DNA of 64,000 bases from an uncultured Gemmatimonadaceae bacterium (GCA_963843845.1 CAWJMB010000002.1:1504001-1568000), one strand, 5' to 3'; positions 28,489 to 42,053 are shown, counted from the first letter of the stretch. The notes: generated by a model not told the origin, from the letters alone. Numbers and translations are program-made.

Positions 28489-29802
28489 TCATGGGGTGAG
28501 GCGAATCAGCTCGGTGTCGAAGTGCGGGAGCAGCGCGTTGATCGCGATGACGAAGTCCTCGACGGGGAGCGCGGACGTGGTGGCGATGCGTACGCGCTGG
28601 CGGCAGTCGAGGCGGCGCGCCGTGCGCTGCTCGCGCGACAGCGCGCGAAGGACCGTGGCGATGGGCCCGATCGAGTCGCCGATCTGGTAGCGATCGCGGG
28701 CGAGCACGCGCACGTCCGCGACGGCGCCGCGCGCGGCACGGAGCTCGATGCACGACGGGGTCTGCGTCGACCGCGCACTCTCACGACGCCCTGCCGGTCC
28801 CGCCCCCGTCCCGGCTGCGACACCGGAAAGTCCGGGCGGCGGCGCAGCGGCGCCGCCAGCGAGCGCACCGCCGATCGCACCCGGCACACCAGGAGTTCCG
28901 GACGGCGTCGGGTAGGTGAGGACGAGCGCACCAGACGCGGTGGGGCTGGTGGGCGCCGCTCGCGGCGCGAGCGTGACTCGCGCCGGTGGCATCGTCGCCG
29001 GGCCAGCGTCGGACACCGCGGCCGTCGGTCCGGCGTCGGGCACCGCAGCCATGCCGGTCGCTCTGCCCCCCGTGCCTGCGAGTCCGGGTACGCTGCCCGG
29101 TCCGAGGGCGGCTCGGCTCGGAGGTGCGACGGCCGCGAGAGTTCGCGACACGGTCAGCGGAACCGCGTTTCGCGTCTCGAGCACGGCCGCAGTCGCCTGC
29201 GCGAGCAGCCGGCGCGTAGAATCCGTTCGGCGCTGCACGGCGGCCAGCTGCGCGGCTGCATCGTCACGTTCCATCGCCGCCACGGCCAGCTGGCGTTCGA
29301 CCGCGAGCACGGCCGGCCGGGCGGCAAGCGGGGTGGGCGGCAGGGCGCCGCTCCCTCGGATCGGCGCTCCTCCAGGTGCTCCGGCCGGTGCGCTGCCGCC
29401 TGGTGTCGGGCTGACCGGCAGCGGCGTCGCCGGCCGGATCGCACCCGAACGCCCTGCCGGAATCGGCCGGAGAAGGTCGCGTTGGCGCTCGAACGCCGCG
29501 ACGCGAGCGGAGAGGACGCTGTCGCGGAGAAACGCCGCCCGAAGGGCTCGCTGCAGCGAATCGATCTGCCGTGACAGTGCGACGAGCTCGGCGAGCTTCG
29601 GATCGGCCTGCAACGTCGAGTCTGTCCCGGCGCCTTGGGCAGGTCGTGCCGTCGACAGACTCGCCTCGCGCCCGAGGAGATTGAGACCGAGGAAGAGCAC
29701 CGCGAGGAACAACCCGAGCTCGGCCTCGGTGAAGCCGATGATCGACTGGCCGGTCCGCTGGCGGGTCCGGCCACGCCCTCTCCGCGGCGGCGGTGCGGTC
29801 AC
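28489..29802 (-). CDS. Single-TM membrane protein with coiled coil, Pro/Ala/Gly linker and small C-terminal domain (possible MotB/ExbD-like partner)
   Basis: N-terminal GFTEAELGLFLAVLFLGL TM; start overlaps the upstream gene stop (GTGA). Confidence 0.55.
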   Translation of the reverse strand: MTAPPPRRGRGRTRQRTGQSIIGFTEAELGLFLAVLFLGLNLLGREASLSTARPAQGAGTDSTLQADPKLAELVALSRQIDSLQRALRAAFLRDSVLSARVAAFERQRDLLRPIPAGRSGAIRPATPLPVSPTPGGSAPAGAPGGAPIRGSGALPPTPLAARPAVLAVERQLAVAAMERDDAAAQLAAVQRRTDSTRRLLAQATAAVLETRNAVPLTVSRTLAAVAPPSRAALGPGSVPGLAGTGGRATGMAAVPDAGPTAAVSDAGPATMPPARVTLAPRAAPTSPTASGALVLTYPTPSGTPGVPGAIGGALAGGAAAPPPGLSGVAAGTGAGPAGRRESARSTQTPSCIELRAARGAVADVRVLARDRYQIGDSIGPIATVLRALSREQRTARRLDCRQRVRIATTSALPVEDFVIAINALLPHFDTELIRLTP

Positions 29803-30722
29803 TCTGGTCGGGGTGTGGCGGAGAGGACCGCCGGCGTCGCGTCCCCGTCGCCGCTCTCCGCGGACCTCTCCGCGGACCTCTCCGCGGACCTCTCCGCGGT
29901 CGTCTCCACGGTCGTCTCACGGCGCTCGGCGGTGCGCCACGCCTCGTCGAGGGCGCGTGCGTCGTCGGAGGTGGCGGTCCCCGGCCGGGCGACGATCGAC
30001 GACTCGTCTGCCCGAGCGGCGGCCCGCTGGGAGGCCCGTTCCGGAGCCTCGCGCGCCGGCGCCGTGGTCACGGGCGACGTCGCGGCAGCCGCGGCAGCCG
30101 CGGCCAGCCGGCGCTCCAGCGAGTCGAGCCGTGCGGTCCGTTCCCTCGCCTCGGCCGACAGCTCGCGGAAGAACTCCTGACGCGCGAGTTCGAACGCTAC
30201 CGCGTGGCTCGTGATCGCGGCGCTCAGCTCGGCCAGGCGGTCGTCCTCCTCGGGTGGAAGGTCCGGGACGAGGAGGAGCAGCGCCTGCCGCGTGAACAGG
30301 CCGACGATCGTGGAGAGGACGGCGCCGCCGACTTCCCGGGTCAGGAGCGCCGGGTTCCGCCCGAACAGCGCGAAGTTGAACGAGACGTCGTTGAACAGCT
30401 TGAAGAGGCCGACCATCGTGAGCAGGAAGCCCAGGAAGTACGGCGAATCGCGCAGGCTGTCGCTCGACGACGTCGCGATGAGATCGCGGTTGCCGAGCAG
30501 GTAGATCCCGAAGACGACGATCGGAATCGACGGAAGGTACGGAGCCCCGATCTCGGCGAACAACGCCCAGATGCTCGCTGCGAGCGCGACGGTGAAAGCG
30601 GCGAACGCGCGGTGCGTGAACTCCGATCCCACGACGGTAGCGGGCACGATTGGGGGAAGCGGCGGAACCGGCAGCGGTTGCCGCCTCCCGCTCAAGGTCA
30701 CGCGGCGGTTCGACCGACGCAA
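29799..30722 (-). CDS. Multi-TM membrane protein, MotA/TolQ/ExbB-like (start uncertain)
   Basis: DSPYFLGFLLTMVGL and GGAVLSTIVGLFTR helices followed by a coiled-coil tail. Confidence 0.55.
   Translation of the reverse strand: MRRSNRRVTLSGRRQPLPVPPLPPIVPATVVGSEFTHRAFAAFTVALAASIWALFAEIGAPYLPSIPIVVFGIYLLGNRDLIATSSSDSLRDSPYFLGFLLTMVGLFKLFNDVSFNFALFGRNPALLTREVGGAVLSTIVGLFTRQALLLLVPDLPPEEDDRLAELSAAITSHAVAFELARQEFFRELSAEARERTARLDSLERRLAAAAAAAATSPVTTAPAREAPERASQRAAARADESSIVARPGTATSDDARALDEAWRTAERRETTVETTAERSAERSAERSAESGDGDATPAVLSATPRPE
29854..29899. repeat. 12-bp tandem repeat CTCTCCGCGGAC, about 3.8 copies (encodes AERS repeats)
   Basis: Direct reading. Confidence 0.9.
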
Positions 30723-30862
30723 CCTGACGCGCGAACCAATGCCCGATCACAGACGGATGGGGGGGTGACGGCGGTCACACCCCGCATCAGATGCGCGGGG
30801 TGGACGGCTGACGTGGAGGTCCGGTAAGTTTCGCTCCCTGAACGACCTACGTCCTCATCCCC

Positions 30863-30890
30863 TTGACCCCGGGGGGAGGAACGTTACTTT
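30863..30890 (+). promoter_or_regulatory. sigma70-type promoter for fusA-tuf-S10
   Basis: TTGACC - 16 nt - TACTTT; same -35 hexamer as the rpsL promoter. Confidence 0.55.
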
Positions 30891-30896
30891 TGAAAG

Positions 30897-31120
30897 GCTA
30901 CGGGGGACCGTCGGTGACGACGCTCCCATGTAGGACAATCGAACGTCGAGGCGAGTATCGCGCTGCCGCGCGGCCTCGACGCGCTCTGGGTCCCCGCTCG
31001 TGCCGCAGTGGCGAGCATACCCGGCGAAGGCGGATGGATACCGGCTCCACTTCGGAGCGCCCTGGTCCAGCCGCGTTTTTGCTGAAAGGCGTTCCTTCGG
31101 ATTCCCAAAGTTTCCATAGC
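30897..31120 (+). promoter_or_regulatory. Structured 5' leader of fusA ending in a terminator-like hairpin
   Basis: Successive stems (CGTCGAGGC/GCCTCGACG; GCTCG/CGAGC; GCGG.TGGA/TCCA.CCGC) followed by GTTTTT at 31075-31080. Confidence 0.5.
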
Positions 31121-33241
<2,121 letters not shown>

Positions 33242-33298
33242 CTCCTTCCGCTCGCAGCGAAGCACCGCGTACCAACACTCCGAAACAGAGACAGCACC

Positions 33299-34501
<1,203 letters not shown>

Positions 34502-34587
34502 TCAACTGCCGGGACGCGGGGCTCGGGACTCGGTGGTCGGGACTTTCCCGATGCCGAGTTCCGGTCCCGGGTGCCGGACTTTCCGAG
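34502..34587. repeat. Degenerate heptamer inverted-repeat hairpin after tuf
   Basis: CGGGACG-CGGGGCT-CGGGACT-CGG ... CCGAGTT-CCGGTCC-CGG. Confidence 0.6.
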
Positions 34588-34598
34588 ACACAGAGACC

Positions 34599-34907
<309 letters not shown>

Positions 34908-35033
34908 TTCCGGGCGGCGTCGCAGCCGCCCATCGGAGCGGGTCTACACGACTCGGTCCACAGTCCAACGGCCGGTAACGCGCGCACGACACAAGGGTCG
35001 GCGGCGGGCCGCGACTAACGAGCAGGAGCACCA

Positions 35034-35730
35034 ATGATCGGCATCATCGGGAAGAAGCTGGGGATGACCCAGATCTTCAACGAGCTGGGCCAGCAGATCC
35101 CGGTCACGGTCATCGAGGCCGAGCCGAACGCGGTCACGAAAGTGACGGACGCGGCGACTGCGGGATTCGCAGCGGTCGAGCTGGGCTACGGCCGGCAGAA
35201 GACCGCGCGTGAGAACAAGGGGAAGGAGAGGACGCCGAAGGGCACCCGCGCGAGCCGCGCGGAGCTCGGGCATGCGCGGAAAGCGGGGCTCGACTACGCC
35301 CCGCGCGTGCTGCGCAGCTTCCGGCTCGACGACGCGGCGCCGGCGAAGAAGGGGCAGGCCGCGGAGCTTCCGTCGTTCACGCTCGGCAGCACGATCGGCG
35401 TCGACATCTTCGCGGCGGGCGAGTTCGTGAAGGTGACGGGGACGACGAAGGGGCGTGGCTTCCAGGGCGTCGTCAAGCGCTGGGGCTTCGGCGGCGGTGC
35501 GAACACGCACGGCAACACGAAGCACCGCAAGCCGGGCTCGATCGGGCCGGGCACCGACCCATCGCGCGTCATCAAAGGCAAGAAGATGCCTGGGCACTAC
35601 GGCGCCGAGCGCCACACGGCGGTCGGGCTGCGCGTCGAGAAGATCGACGCGGAGAAGCAATCTCATCTATGTCCGCGGCAGCGTGGCCGGCCCGACGAAC
35701 GGGATCGTGCTCGTCCGCAAGCAGGGCTGA
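35034..35730 (+). CDS. rplC: 50S ribosomal protein L3 (apparent frameshift near 35655)
   Basis: [35 protein letters not shown]-terminus [12 protein letters not shown] in the next frame. Confidence 0.97.
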
Positions 35731-35734
35731 CGCC

Positions 35735-36403
35735 ATGGCTGACACGACCACATTCCAGGCTGCGTCGTACGGCGCCGACGGCACGGCGCGCGAGCGCGTG
35801 ACGCTCCCGACCGGTCTGTTCGACGGCACGATCAACGTGCCCGTCATGCACCAGGCGGTGAAGGCGTACCTCGCGAACCAGCGCCAGGGCACCGCGGCGA
35901 CGAAGATCCGCAAGTACGTCACCGGCGGCAATCAGAAACCGTGGCGCCAGAAGGGGACCGGCCGCGCTCGTCAGGGCTCGACGCGTGCTCCGCACTGGGT
36001 CGGCGGTGGCACGGTCTTCGGGCCGCAGCCGCGCGACTACGACCAGAAGATGCCGCGCAAGGTGAAGGCGCTCGCGCGCAAGAGCGCGCTGAACGCGCGG
36101 GCGCGCGAGGATTCGCTGCTCGTCGTCGACTCGCTGGCGTTCACGTCGCCGAAGACGAAGCAGATCACCGCGCTGCTCGCGAGCCTCGGCATCGCGGAGC
36201 GCAAGGTGCTGATCCTGACGGACGGCGCGAAGTCGTCCGTGTACCTGAGCGCGCGCAACCTGCCGAACGTGCACGTGATGCCGTACGGCGATGTATCGAC
36301 CTACCACATCCTGTGGTCGGACGTCGTCGTCGTGGAGTCGGCGGCACTGACCGCGGCGGGCGCGGCGAGCGACTACGCGCGCGCCGCTGGCGAGGAGGGC
36401 TGA
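35735..36403 (+). CDS. rplD: 50S ribosomal protein L4
   Basis: [31 protein letters not shown]. Confidence 0.98.
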   Translation: MADTTTFQAASYGADGTARERVTLPTGLFDGTINVPVMHQAVKAYLANQRQGTAATKIRKYVTGGNQKPWRQKGTGRARQGSTRAPHWVGGGTVFGPQPRDYDQKMPRKVKALARKSALNARAREDSLLVVDSLAFTSPKTKQITALLASLGIAERKVLILTDGAKSSVYLSARNLPNVHVMPYGDVSTYHILWSDVVVVESAALTAAGAASDYARAAGEEG

Positions 36404-36405
36404 CC

Positions 36406-36695
36406 ATGCCGACGCTGCACCGCACCATCGTGCGCCCGATCGTCACCGAAGCGACGTCGCGCGGCCTATCAGGACCGCGGCGAGTACTACTTCGAAGTGG
36501 CGCCGACGGCGAACAAGCAGGAAATCAAGCAGGCCATCGAGCGCCTGTTCGGGGTCAAGGTGACCGCCGTGTGGACGATGAACGTGCGCGGGAAGACGCG
36601 CCGTGTCGGCACGACGACCGGGCCGCCGCCCACACTGGAAAAAGGCGATCGTGACCCTCGCCGAGGGTGATTCGATCGGGATCTTCGAGGGCTAA
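36406..36695 (+). CDS. rplW: 50S ribosomal protein L23 (apparent frameshifts)
   Basis: [41 protein letters not shown] pieces in successive frames. Confidence 0.92.
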
Positions 36696-36702
36696 GTCGC
36701 AC

Positions 36703-37540
36703 ATGCCGATTCGTCAATTCAAGCCGGTGACGGCCTCCTCGCGCTTCCGCTCGGTCGCCGATTTCTCGGAGATCACGCGGACGACGCCGGAGAAGTCGCT
36801 CACCGAGCCGCTCAAGAAGTCGGGCGGCCGTGACAATCACGGCCACATCTCGATGCGTCGCCGCGGCGGCGGCGAGAAGCGGAAGTACCGCATCATCGAT
36901 TTCAAGCGCAACAAGCACGGGCGTGAGCCGGCGACGGTCCGCCACATCGAGTACGATCCGAACCGCTCGGCGCGCATCGCGCTCGTCGAGTATGCGGACG
37001 GCGAGAAGCGCTACATCCTGCACCCGAAGGGGCTGGCGGTCGGCGACACGGTCGTCAGCGGTCCGGGCTCGGACGTGCGACGCGGGCAACGCGATGCCGC
37101 TGCGCGAGGTGCCGTTGGGCACCGCGGTGCACAACGTGGAGCTCAAGCCCGGCAAGGGTGGGCAGATGGCCCGCTCCGCCGGCACGAGCGTCCAGGTCGT
37201 CGCGAAGGAGGGCGAGTACGTCACGCTGCGCATGGCGTCGACGGAGATGCGCCTCGTGCACGGACGCTGCCTGGCGCACGATCGGCGAAGTCGGCAACGC
37301 CGAGCACGAGCTCGTGTCGTGGGGCAAGGCCGGCAAGACGCGCTGGATGGGGCGTCGCCCGAAGGTGCGCGGCGAGGTGATGAATCCCGTCGATCACCCG
37401 CACGGTGGGCGCACGCGCGGCGGGCGCAACGTGGTGTCAGCCCGTGGGGCAAGAAGGAAGGCGTGAAGACGCGCAACAGCAAGAAGGCGTCGACGCGTCT
37501 CATCGTCCGCGGGCGTCGCCGCGGCAAGGCCACGCAGTAA
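36703..37540 (+). CDS. rplB: 50S ribosomal protein L2 (several apparent frameshifts)
   Basis: [49 protein letters not shown]. Confidence 0.97.
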
Positions 37541-37557
37541 GCGGACGAGGATAACTC

Positions 37558-37856
37558 ATGGCCAGAAGCATCGGAAGGGGCCGTTCGTGCAGGAGGCCCT
37601 GTCGGACAAGGTGACGGCGATGAACGCGCGCGGCGAGAAGAAGGTCGTGAAGACCTGGTCTCGCGCGAGCACGATCCTGCCCGAGTTCGTCGGGCACACC
37701 TTCGCCGTGCACAACGGGAACAAGTTCATCCCCGTCTACGTGACGGAGAACATGGTCGGCCACAAGCTCGGCGAGTTCGCGCCGACGCGGCTGTTCCGCG
37801 GCCACACGGCGGGGAAGACGGACAAGAAGGCCGGCGGCGCGCCGGTCAAGAAGTGA
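37558..37856 (+). CDS. rpsS: 30S ribosomal protein S19 (apparent frameshift near the start)
   Basis: [24 protein letters not shown]. Confidence 0.96.
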
Positions 37857-37870
37857 CGGAGGCGCGAACC

Positions 37871-38315
37871 ATGCCTGACACCACACGACAGCCCCTCGCA
37901 CCGCAAGCCGGGCGCTCGCGAAGGCGCATCAACGCCGACGAAGCGCGAAGGCGATGACGAACGGCGCGCGCGCGATGCAGCGCTCGACGCGGCAGTCGCC
38001 CTACAAGGTGCGGCTGCGTCGTCGATCAGATCCGCGGCTAAGCGTGAACGACGCGCTCGCGCTGCTGCAGTTCTCGAAGAAGCATGCGGCCGTCGAGATC
38101 GAGAAGGTGCTGAGCAGCGCCGTCGCGAACGCGGAGGACGCGACGCGCCGCAACGGCGGCTCGGTCGACGCCGACGGCTGTACGTGATCCACGCCATCGT
38201 GAACGAGGGGCCGAAGCTCAAGCGCTTCACGCCCGCCGCGATGGGTCGCGCCACCCCCGTCCAGAAGCGGACGAGCCACATGGAAATCGTGGTCGCCGAG
38301 AAGGAAGGTCGATAA
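37871..38315 (+). CDS. rplV: 50S ribosomal protein L22 with N-terminal extension (apparent frameshifts)
   Basis: [39 protein letters not shown]. Confidence 0.92.
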
Positions 38316-38979
38316 TGGGACAGAAGACGAATCCGATCGGCTTCCGCCTCGGTATCTCGAAGTCGTGGCGGTCGACGTGGTACGCGAGCGGCAAGAACAT
38401 GCCGCAGCTCCTGCAGGAAGACGCGCTGCTGCGGAAGTATCTCAAGCAGCGCATGGGTCATGCGGCGATCTCGGACGTGCGCATCGAGCGCAAGCCGGGG
38501 AAGGTCGTCGTGACGATCCACACGGGCCGCCCCGGCGTCGTGATCGGGAAGAAGGGCGCCGAGGTCGACAAGCTGCGTGACGAGCTCGCGCAGCTCACCG
38601 GGCAAGGAAGTCGGGGTGAACGTCGAGGAGATCAAGCGCCCCGAGGTCGAGGCGCAGCTCGTCGCCGACAGCATCGCGCAGCAGCTCGCGGGGCGCGTGT
38701 CGTTCCGCCGCGCGATGAAGCGCGCCGTGCAGAGCGCGATGCGCTCCGGCGCGCAGGGGATCAAGGTCAAGGCGGGTGGCCGGTTGGGCGGCGCCGAGAT
38801 CGCGCGCGTCGAAGGGCTATCACGAAGGTCGCGTGCCCCTTCACACGCTGCGCGCGGACATCGACTACGCGACGTCGACGGCGAAGACCACCTACGGCAC
38901 CATCGGTGTCAAGGTGTGGATCTTCAAGGGCGAAGTCGTGGAAGATCGCCGTGGCAAGACGTACTCGACCGGCGCGTAA
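38315..38979 (+). CDS. rpsC: 30S ribosomal protein S3 (apparent frameshifts)
   Basis: [37 protein letters not shown]. Confidence 0.97.
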
Positions 38980-38992
38980 GGAGACTACCACG

Positions 38993-39423
38993 ATGCTGAG
39001 TCCGAAGCGCGTCAAGTTCCGCAAGATGTTCAAGGGCCGGATGACCGGCCTCGCGCACCGCGGCAGCGAGATCTCGTTCGGCCACTTCGGTCTGATGGCG
39101 CTGGAGCCCGGTTGGGTGTCCGCGCGTCAGATCGAGGCGGCGCGTATCGCGCTCACCCGCCACATCAAGCGCGGCGGCAAGGTCTGGATCCGCATTTTCC
39201 CCGACAAGCCGATCACGAAGAAGCCGGCCGAGACCCGCATGGGTAAGGGCAAGGGGTCGCCGGAGCTGTGGGTGGCGGTCGTGAAGCCGGGCCGGATGAT
39301 GTTCGAGCTCGAGGGCGTGACGCCGCGAGATCGCCGAGAAGGCGATGGCGCTCGCCGCCGCGAAGCTCGGCGTGAAGATCGAAGTTCGTGGTCCGCGAGG
39401 AGGCGCACACCGATGAAGCTTGA
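38993..39423 (+). CDS. rplP: 50S ribosomal protein L16 (apparent frameshifts near the C-terminus)
   Basis: [32 protein letters not shown]. Confidence 0.97.
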
Positions 39424-39757
39424 TGACATTCGCGCGCTCGGCGCGCCGCGAGCTGCAGGCGCGTGCGACGGAGCTTGCAGGAGGAGCAGTTCCGCCTCCG
39501 CTTCCGTGCGGCGACCGAGACGCTCGAGCAGCCGTTGCGCCTGCGTGAGGTGCGCCGCGACATCGCGCGCGTGCTGACCGTGATGCGCGAGAAGGCGCTC
39601 GCCGCCGCGGCCGCCGACGGCCGGCGTCGACGAAGAGGCGGGGCAAGACGGCGCGGCCCGGAAGAGCGTCGCGAAGGGTGACAAGCAGGCCGCGACGAAG
39701 CGCGCGGCGATGAAGCGCGTGGCGAAGCGCGGCATCCGTTCCAAGTCCGCCCGCTAA
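39413..39757 (+). CDS. rpmC: 50S ribosomal protein L29 with Lys/Ala-rich C-terminal extension (apparent frameshifts)
   Basis: [33 protein letters not shown]; tail ...[23 protein letters not shown]. Confidence 0.88.
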
Positions 39758-39775
39758 GCCGGAGCGCGAGAGACA

Positions 39776-40082
39776 ATGGCCGAAACGATGAACAACGAGA
39801 CGACCCCGAACGCGGCGCCCCAGGGGCAGAAGCGTGGCGCGCGCAAAGATGCGCGTCGGGCTGGTCGTCAGCGACAAGATGCAGAAGACCGTCGTGGTCG
39901 CGGTGGATCGCCGCGTGCCGCACCCGGTCTACGGCAAGATGGTCACGCGTACCACCCGCCTGAAGGCGCACGACGAGGAGAACTCGGCGAAGCAGGGCGA
40001 CACGGTGCGCATCATGGAGACTCGGCCGCTGTCGAAGGACAAGCGGTGGCGCGTGGTCGAGATCGTCGAGCGCGCGAGGTAA
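39776..40082 (+). CDS. rpsQ: 30S ribosomal protein S17 (apparent frameshift near 39848)
   Basis: [31 protein letters not shown]. Confidence 0.97.
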
Positions 40083-40088
40083 CGGGCC

Positions 40089-40457
40089 ATGATCCAGCAA
40101 GAGTCAGTGGTCAAGGTCGCGGACAACTCGGGCGCCAAGCGCGCGCTCGTCATCCGCGTGTTGGGCGGGACGCGCCGCCGCTACGCCGGGCTCGGGGACC
40201 GGGTCGTCGTCGCGGTGAAGGACGCGCTGCCGAACGGCACGGTGAAGAAGTCGGATGTCGCGAAGGCGGTCGTCGTGCGCACGGTGAAGGAGACGCGGCG
40301 CAAGGACGGGAGCTACATCCGCTTCGACGAGAACGCCGTCGTCATCATCAACGACAACGGCGAGCCGCGGGCGACGCGTATCTTCGGGCCGGTCGCGCGC
40401 GAGCTGCGCGAGAAGCGCTACATGAAGATCGTGTCGCTCGCCCCGGAGGTGCTGTAA
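40089..40457 (+). CDS. rplN: 50S ribosomal protein L14
   Basis: [30 protein letters not shown]. Confidence 0.99.
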   Translation: MIQQESVVKVADNSGAKRALVIRVLGGTRRRYAGLGDRVVVAVKDALPNGTVKKSDVAKAVVVRTVKETRRKDGSYIRFDENAVVIINDNGEPRATRIFGPVARELREKRYMKIVSLAPEVL

Positions 40458-40458
40458 C

Positions 40459-40860
40459 ATGCGCGAGCTCAAGTACCGCAAGACGGACAAAGTGCGCCTC
40501 GGCGCCGGCCGTCATGCGCGGAAGGCGGAGCGCGTCACGGTGCACGTCCGCAAGGGCGACACGGTGCGCGTCATGCGCGGCGACGACAAGGGGAAGGAAG
40601 GGCGCGTCACGAAGGTGCTCACGAAGACCGGTCGCGTGACTATCGAAGGTGTGAACATCGTGAAGAAGCACCGGCGCGCGCGGCGTCCCGAGGAGCAGAG
40701 CGGGATCCTCGAGATGCCCGCGCCGGTGAACGCCTCGAACGTGATGTTGATCGATCCGAAGACGGGGAAGGCGACGCGCGTGCGCGCTCGCATCGACGCC
40801 GACGGTACGAAGGAGCGCGTGGGTGTGAAGACGGGCGAGCCGATCTCGACGCCGCGCTGA
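40459..40860 (+). CDS. rplX: 50S ribosomal protein L24
   Basis: HVRKGDTVRVMRGDDKGKEG KOW motif, EGVNIVKKH. Confidence 0.97.
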   Translation: MRELKYRKTDKVRLGAGRHARKAERVTVHVRKGDTVRVMRGDDKGKEGRVTKVLTKTGRVTIEGVNIVKKHRRARRPEEQSGILEMPAPVNASNVMLIDPKTGKATRVRARIDADGTKERVGVKTGEPISTPR

Positions 40861-40876
40861 TCCGGAGACGATTCCA

Positions 40877-41704
40877 ATGGCGAAGAACGACGACAAGAAG
40901 GGCGGCAAAGGCGGCGCGGGCGGCAAGGGCGGCGCGAAGGGCGGCGCGAAGGGCGGCGCGAAAGGCGGCGCCAAGTCCGGTGGGAAGGGCGCCGCGCCGG
41001 CCGGCGGCAAGCAGACGAAGGCGGCGAAGGGCGGCGAGAAGCGCGGCCCGCTGCAGCCCAAGGAGCACGCCGGTGCGGGGCTGCCGAGCGCAGCGCCGCG
41101 TCTGAAGCTGTTCTACGAGCAGACCGTGCGCCCCCGGCTCCAGGAGCAGTTCAAGCTGACGAACCCGCACCAGGTGCCGGGGCTCGTGAAGATCGTGCTG
41201 AACAGCGGCGTCGGCGAGGCGATCAAGCAGCCGCGCGCGCTCGACAGCGTGGTCGACGAGATGGCGCTGATCTCGGGGCAGCGGCCGGTGCGTCGCAAGG
41301 CGAAGAAGTCGATCGCGAACTACGGTCTCCGCGAAGGACAGGAGATCGGCGCGATGGTGACGCTCCGTGGGGCTCGCATGTGGGAGTTCCTCGATCGGTT
41401 CATCGCGGTGGCACTGCCGCGCGTGCGCGACTTCCGCGGGTTGTCGACGCGGTCGTTCGACGGGCGTGGGAACTACTCGCTCGGTGTGAAGGAGCAGTTG
41501 ATCTTTCCGGAGATCAACTACGACATGGTCGAGGCGGTACACGGGATGGACGTCACGATCGTGACGACGGCGGAGCGCGACGACCTCGCGCTGGCGCTGC
41601 TTCGCGAACTCGGGATGCCGTTCCGCGGCGAGACGAAGCCGCTCGTGCCGCGTCCGGACCGCATGGACGGGCAGCTCGCGGAAGCGGGCGCCGCTGCCGC
41701 GTGA
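40877..41704 (+). CDS. rplE: 50S ribosomal protein L5 with Gly/Lys-rich N-terminal extension
   Basis: KIVLNSGVGEA, ALPRVRDFRG, FDGRGNYSLG; leading GGAK repeats. Confidence 0.98.
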   Translation: MAKNDDKKGGKGGAGGKGGAKGGAKGGAKGGAKSGGKGAAPAGGKQTKAAKGGEKRGPLQPKEHAGAGLPSAAPRLKLFYEQTVRPRLQEQFKLTNPHQVPGLVKIVLNSGVGEAIKQPRALDSVVDEMALISGQRPVRRKAKKSIANYGLREGQEIGAMVTLRGARMWEFLDRFIAVALPRVRDFRGLSTRSFDGRGNYSLGVKEQLIFPEINYDMVEAVHGMDVTIVTTAERDDLALALLRELGMPFRGETKPLVPRPDRMDGQLAEAGAAAA

Positions 41705-41747
41705 TCGCGGCCGCCTAACGTCTTTCTCTTTTCAGTAGACTCGACTC

Positions 41748-42053
41748 ATGGCGAAGACGAGCAAGATCGTCAAGAACAACGATCGCAAGGTGCTGGTCGC
41801 GCGGTACGCGGAGCGCCGCGCGGCGCTCCGTGCGATCATCGACGACGTGCAGACGAGCGACGCGGACCGGCAGGCGGCGTACGCGAAGCTGCGCAAGCTG
41901 CCGCGCGACTCGTCGCCGACGCGCGTGCGCAATCGGTGCGCGATGACGGGGCGCCCGCGGGCGTATCTCCGTCAGTTCGGCCTGTCGCGCATCACGTTCC
42001 GCGACATGGCGCTCTTCGGGCTGATCCCCGGCGTCCGCAAGGCGAGCTGGTAA
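41748..42053 (+). CDS. rpsN: 30S ribosomal protein S14 (long, zinc-independent form)
   Basis: 101 aa; [33 protein letters not shown]. Confidence 0.98.
   Translation: MAKTSKIVKNNDRKVLVARYAERRAALRAIIDDVQTSDADRQAAYAKLRKLPRDSSPTRVRNRCAMTGRPRAYLRQFGLSRITFRDMALFGLIPGVRKASW

Noticed and set aside
29854..29899. 12-bp tandem repeat as CRISPR or phase-variation tract
   Set aside because: No spacers, and the unit length is a multiple of 3 within a low-complexity protein tail
28489..30722. Zorya defence system
   Set aside because: The partner lacks an OmpA-like peptidoglycan-binding domain and no zorC/D/E-like genes are adjacent
15753..30860. Island as prophage, ICE or transposon
   Set aside because: No integrase, transposase, phage genes or att-like repeats; the host octamer is present inside
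30863..31120. 86-aa N-terminal extension of EF-G suggested by the ORF track
   Set aside because: The TTG is the -35 box; EF-G homology begins at ATG 31121
30897..31120. Known riboswitch or T-box in the fusA leader
   Set aside because: I could not recognise the consensus of any known class; kept only as an unassigned structured leader
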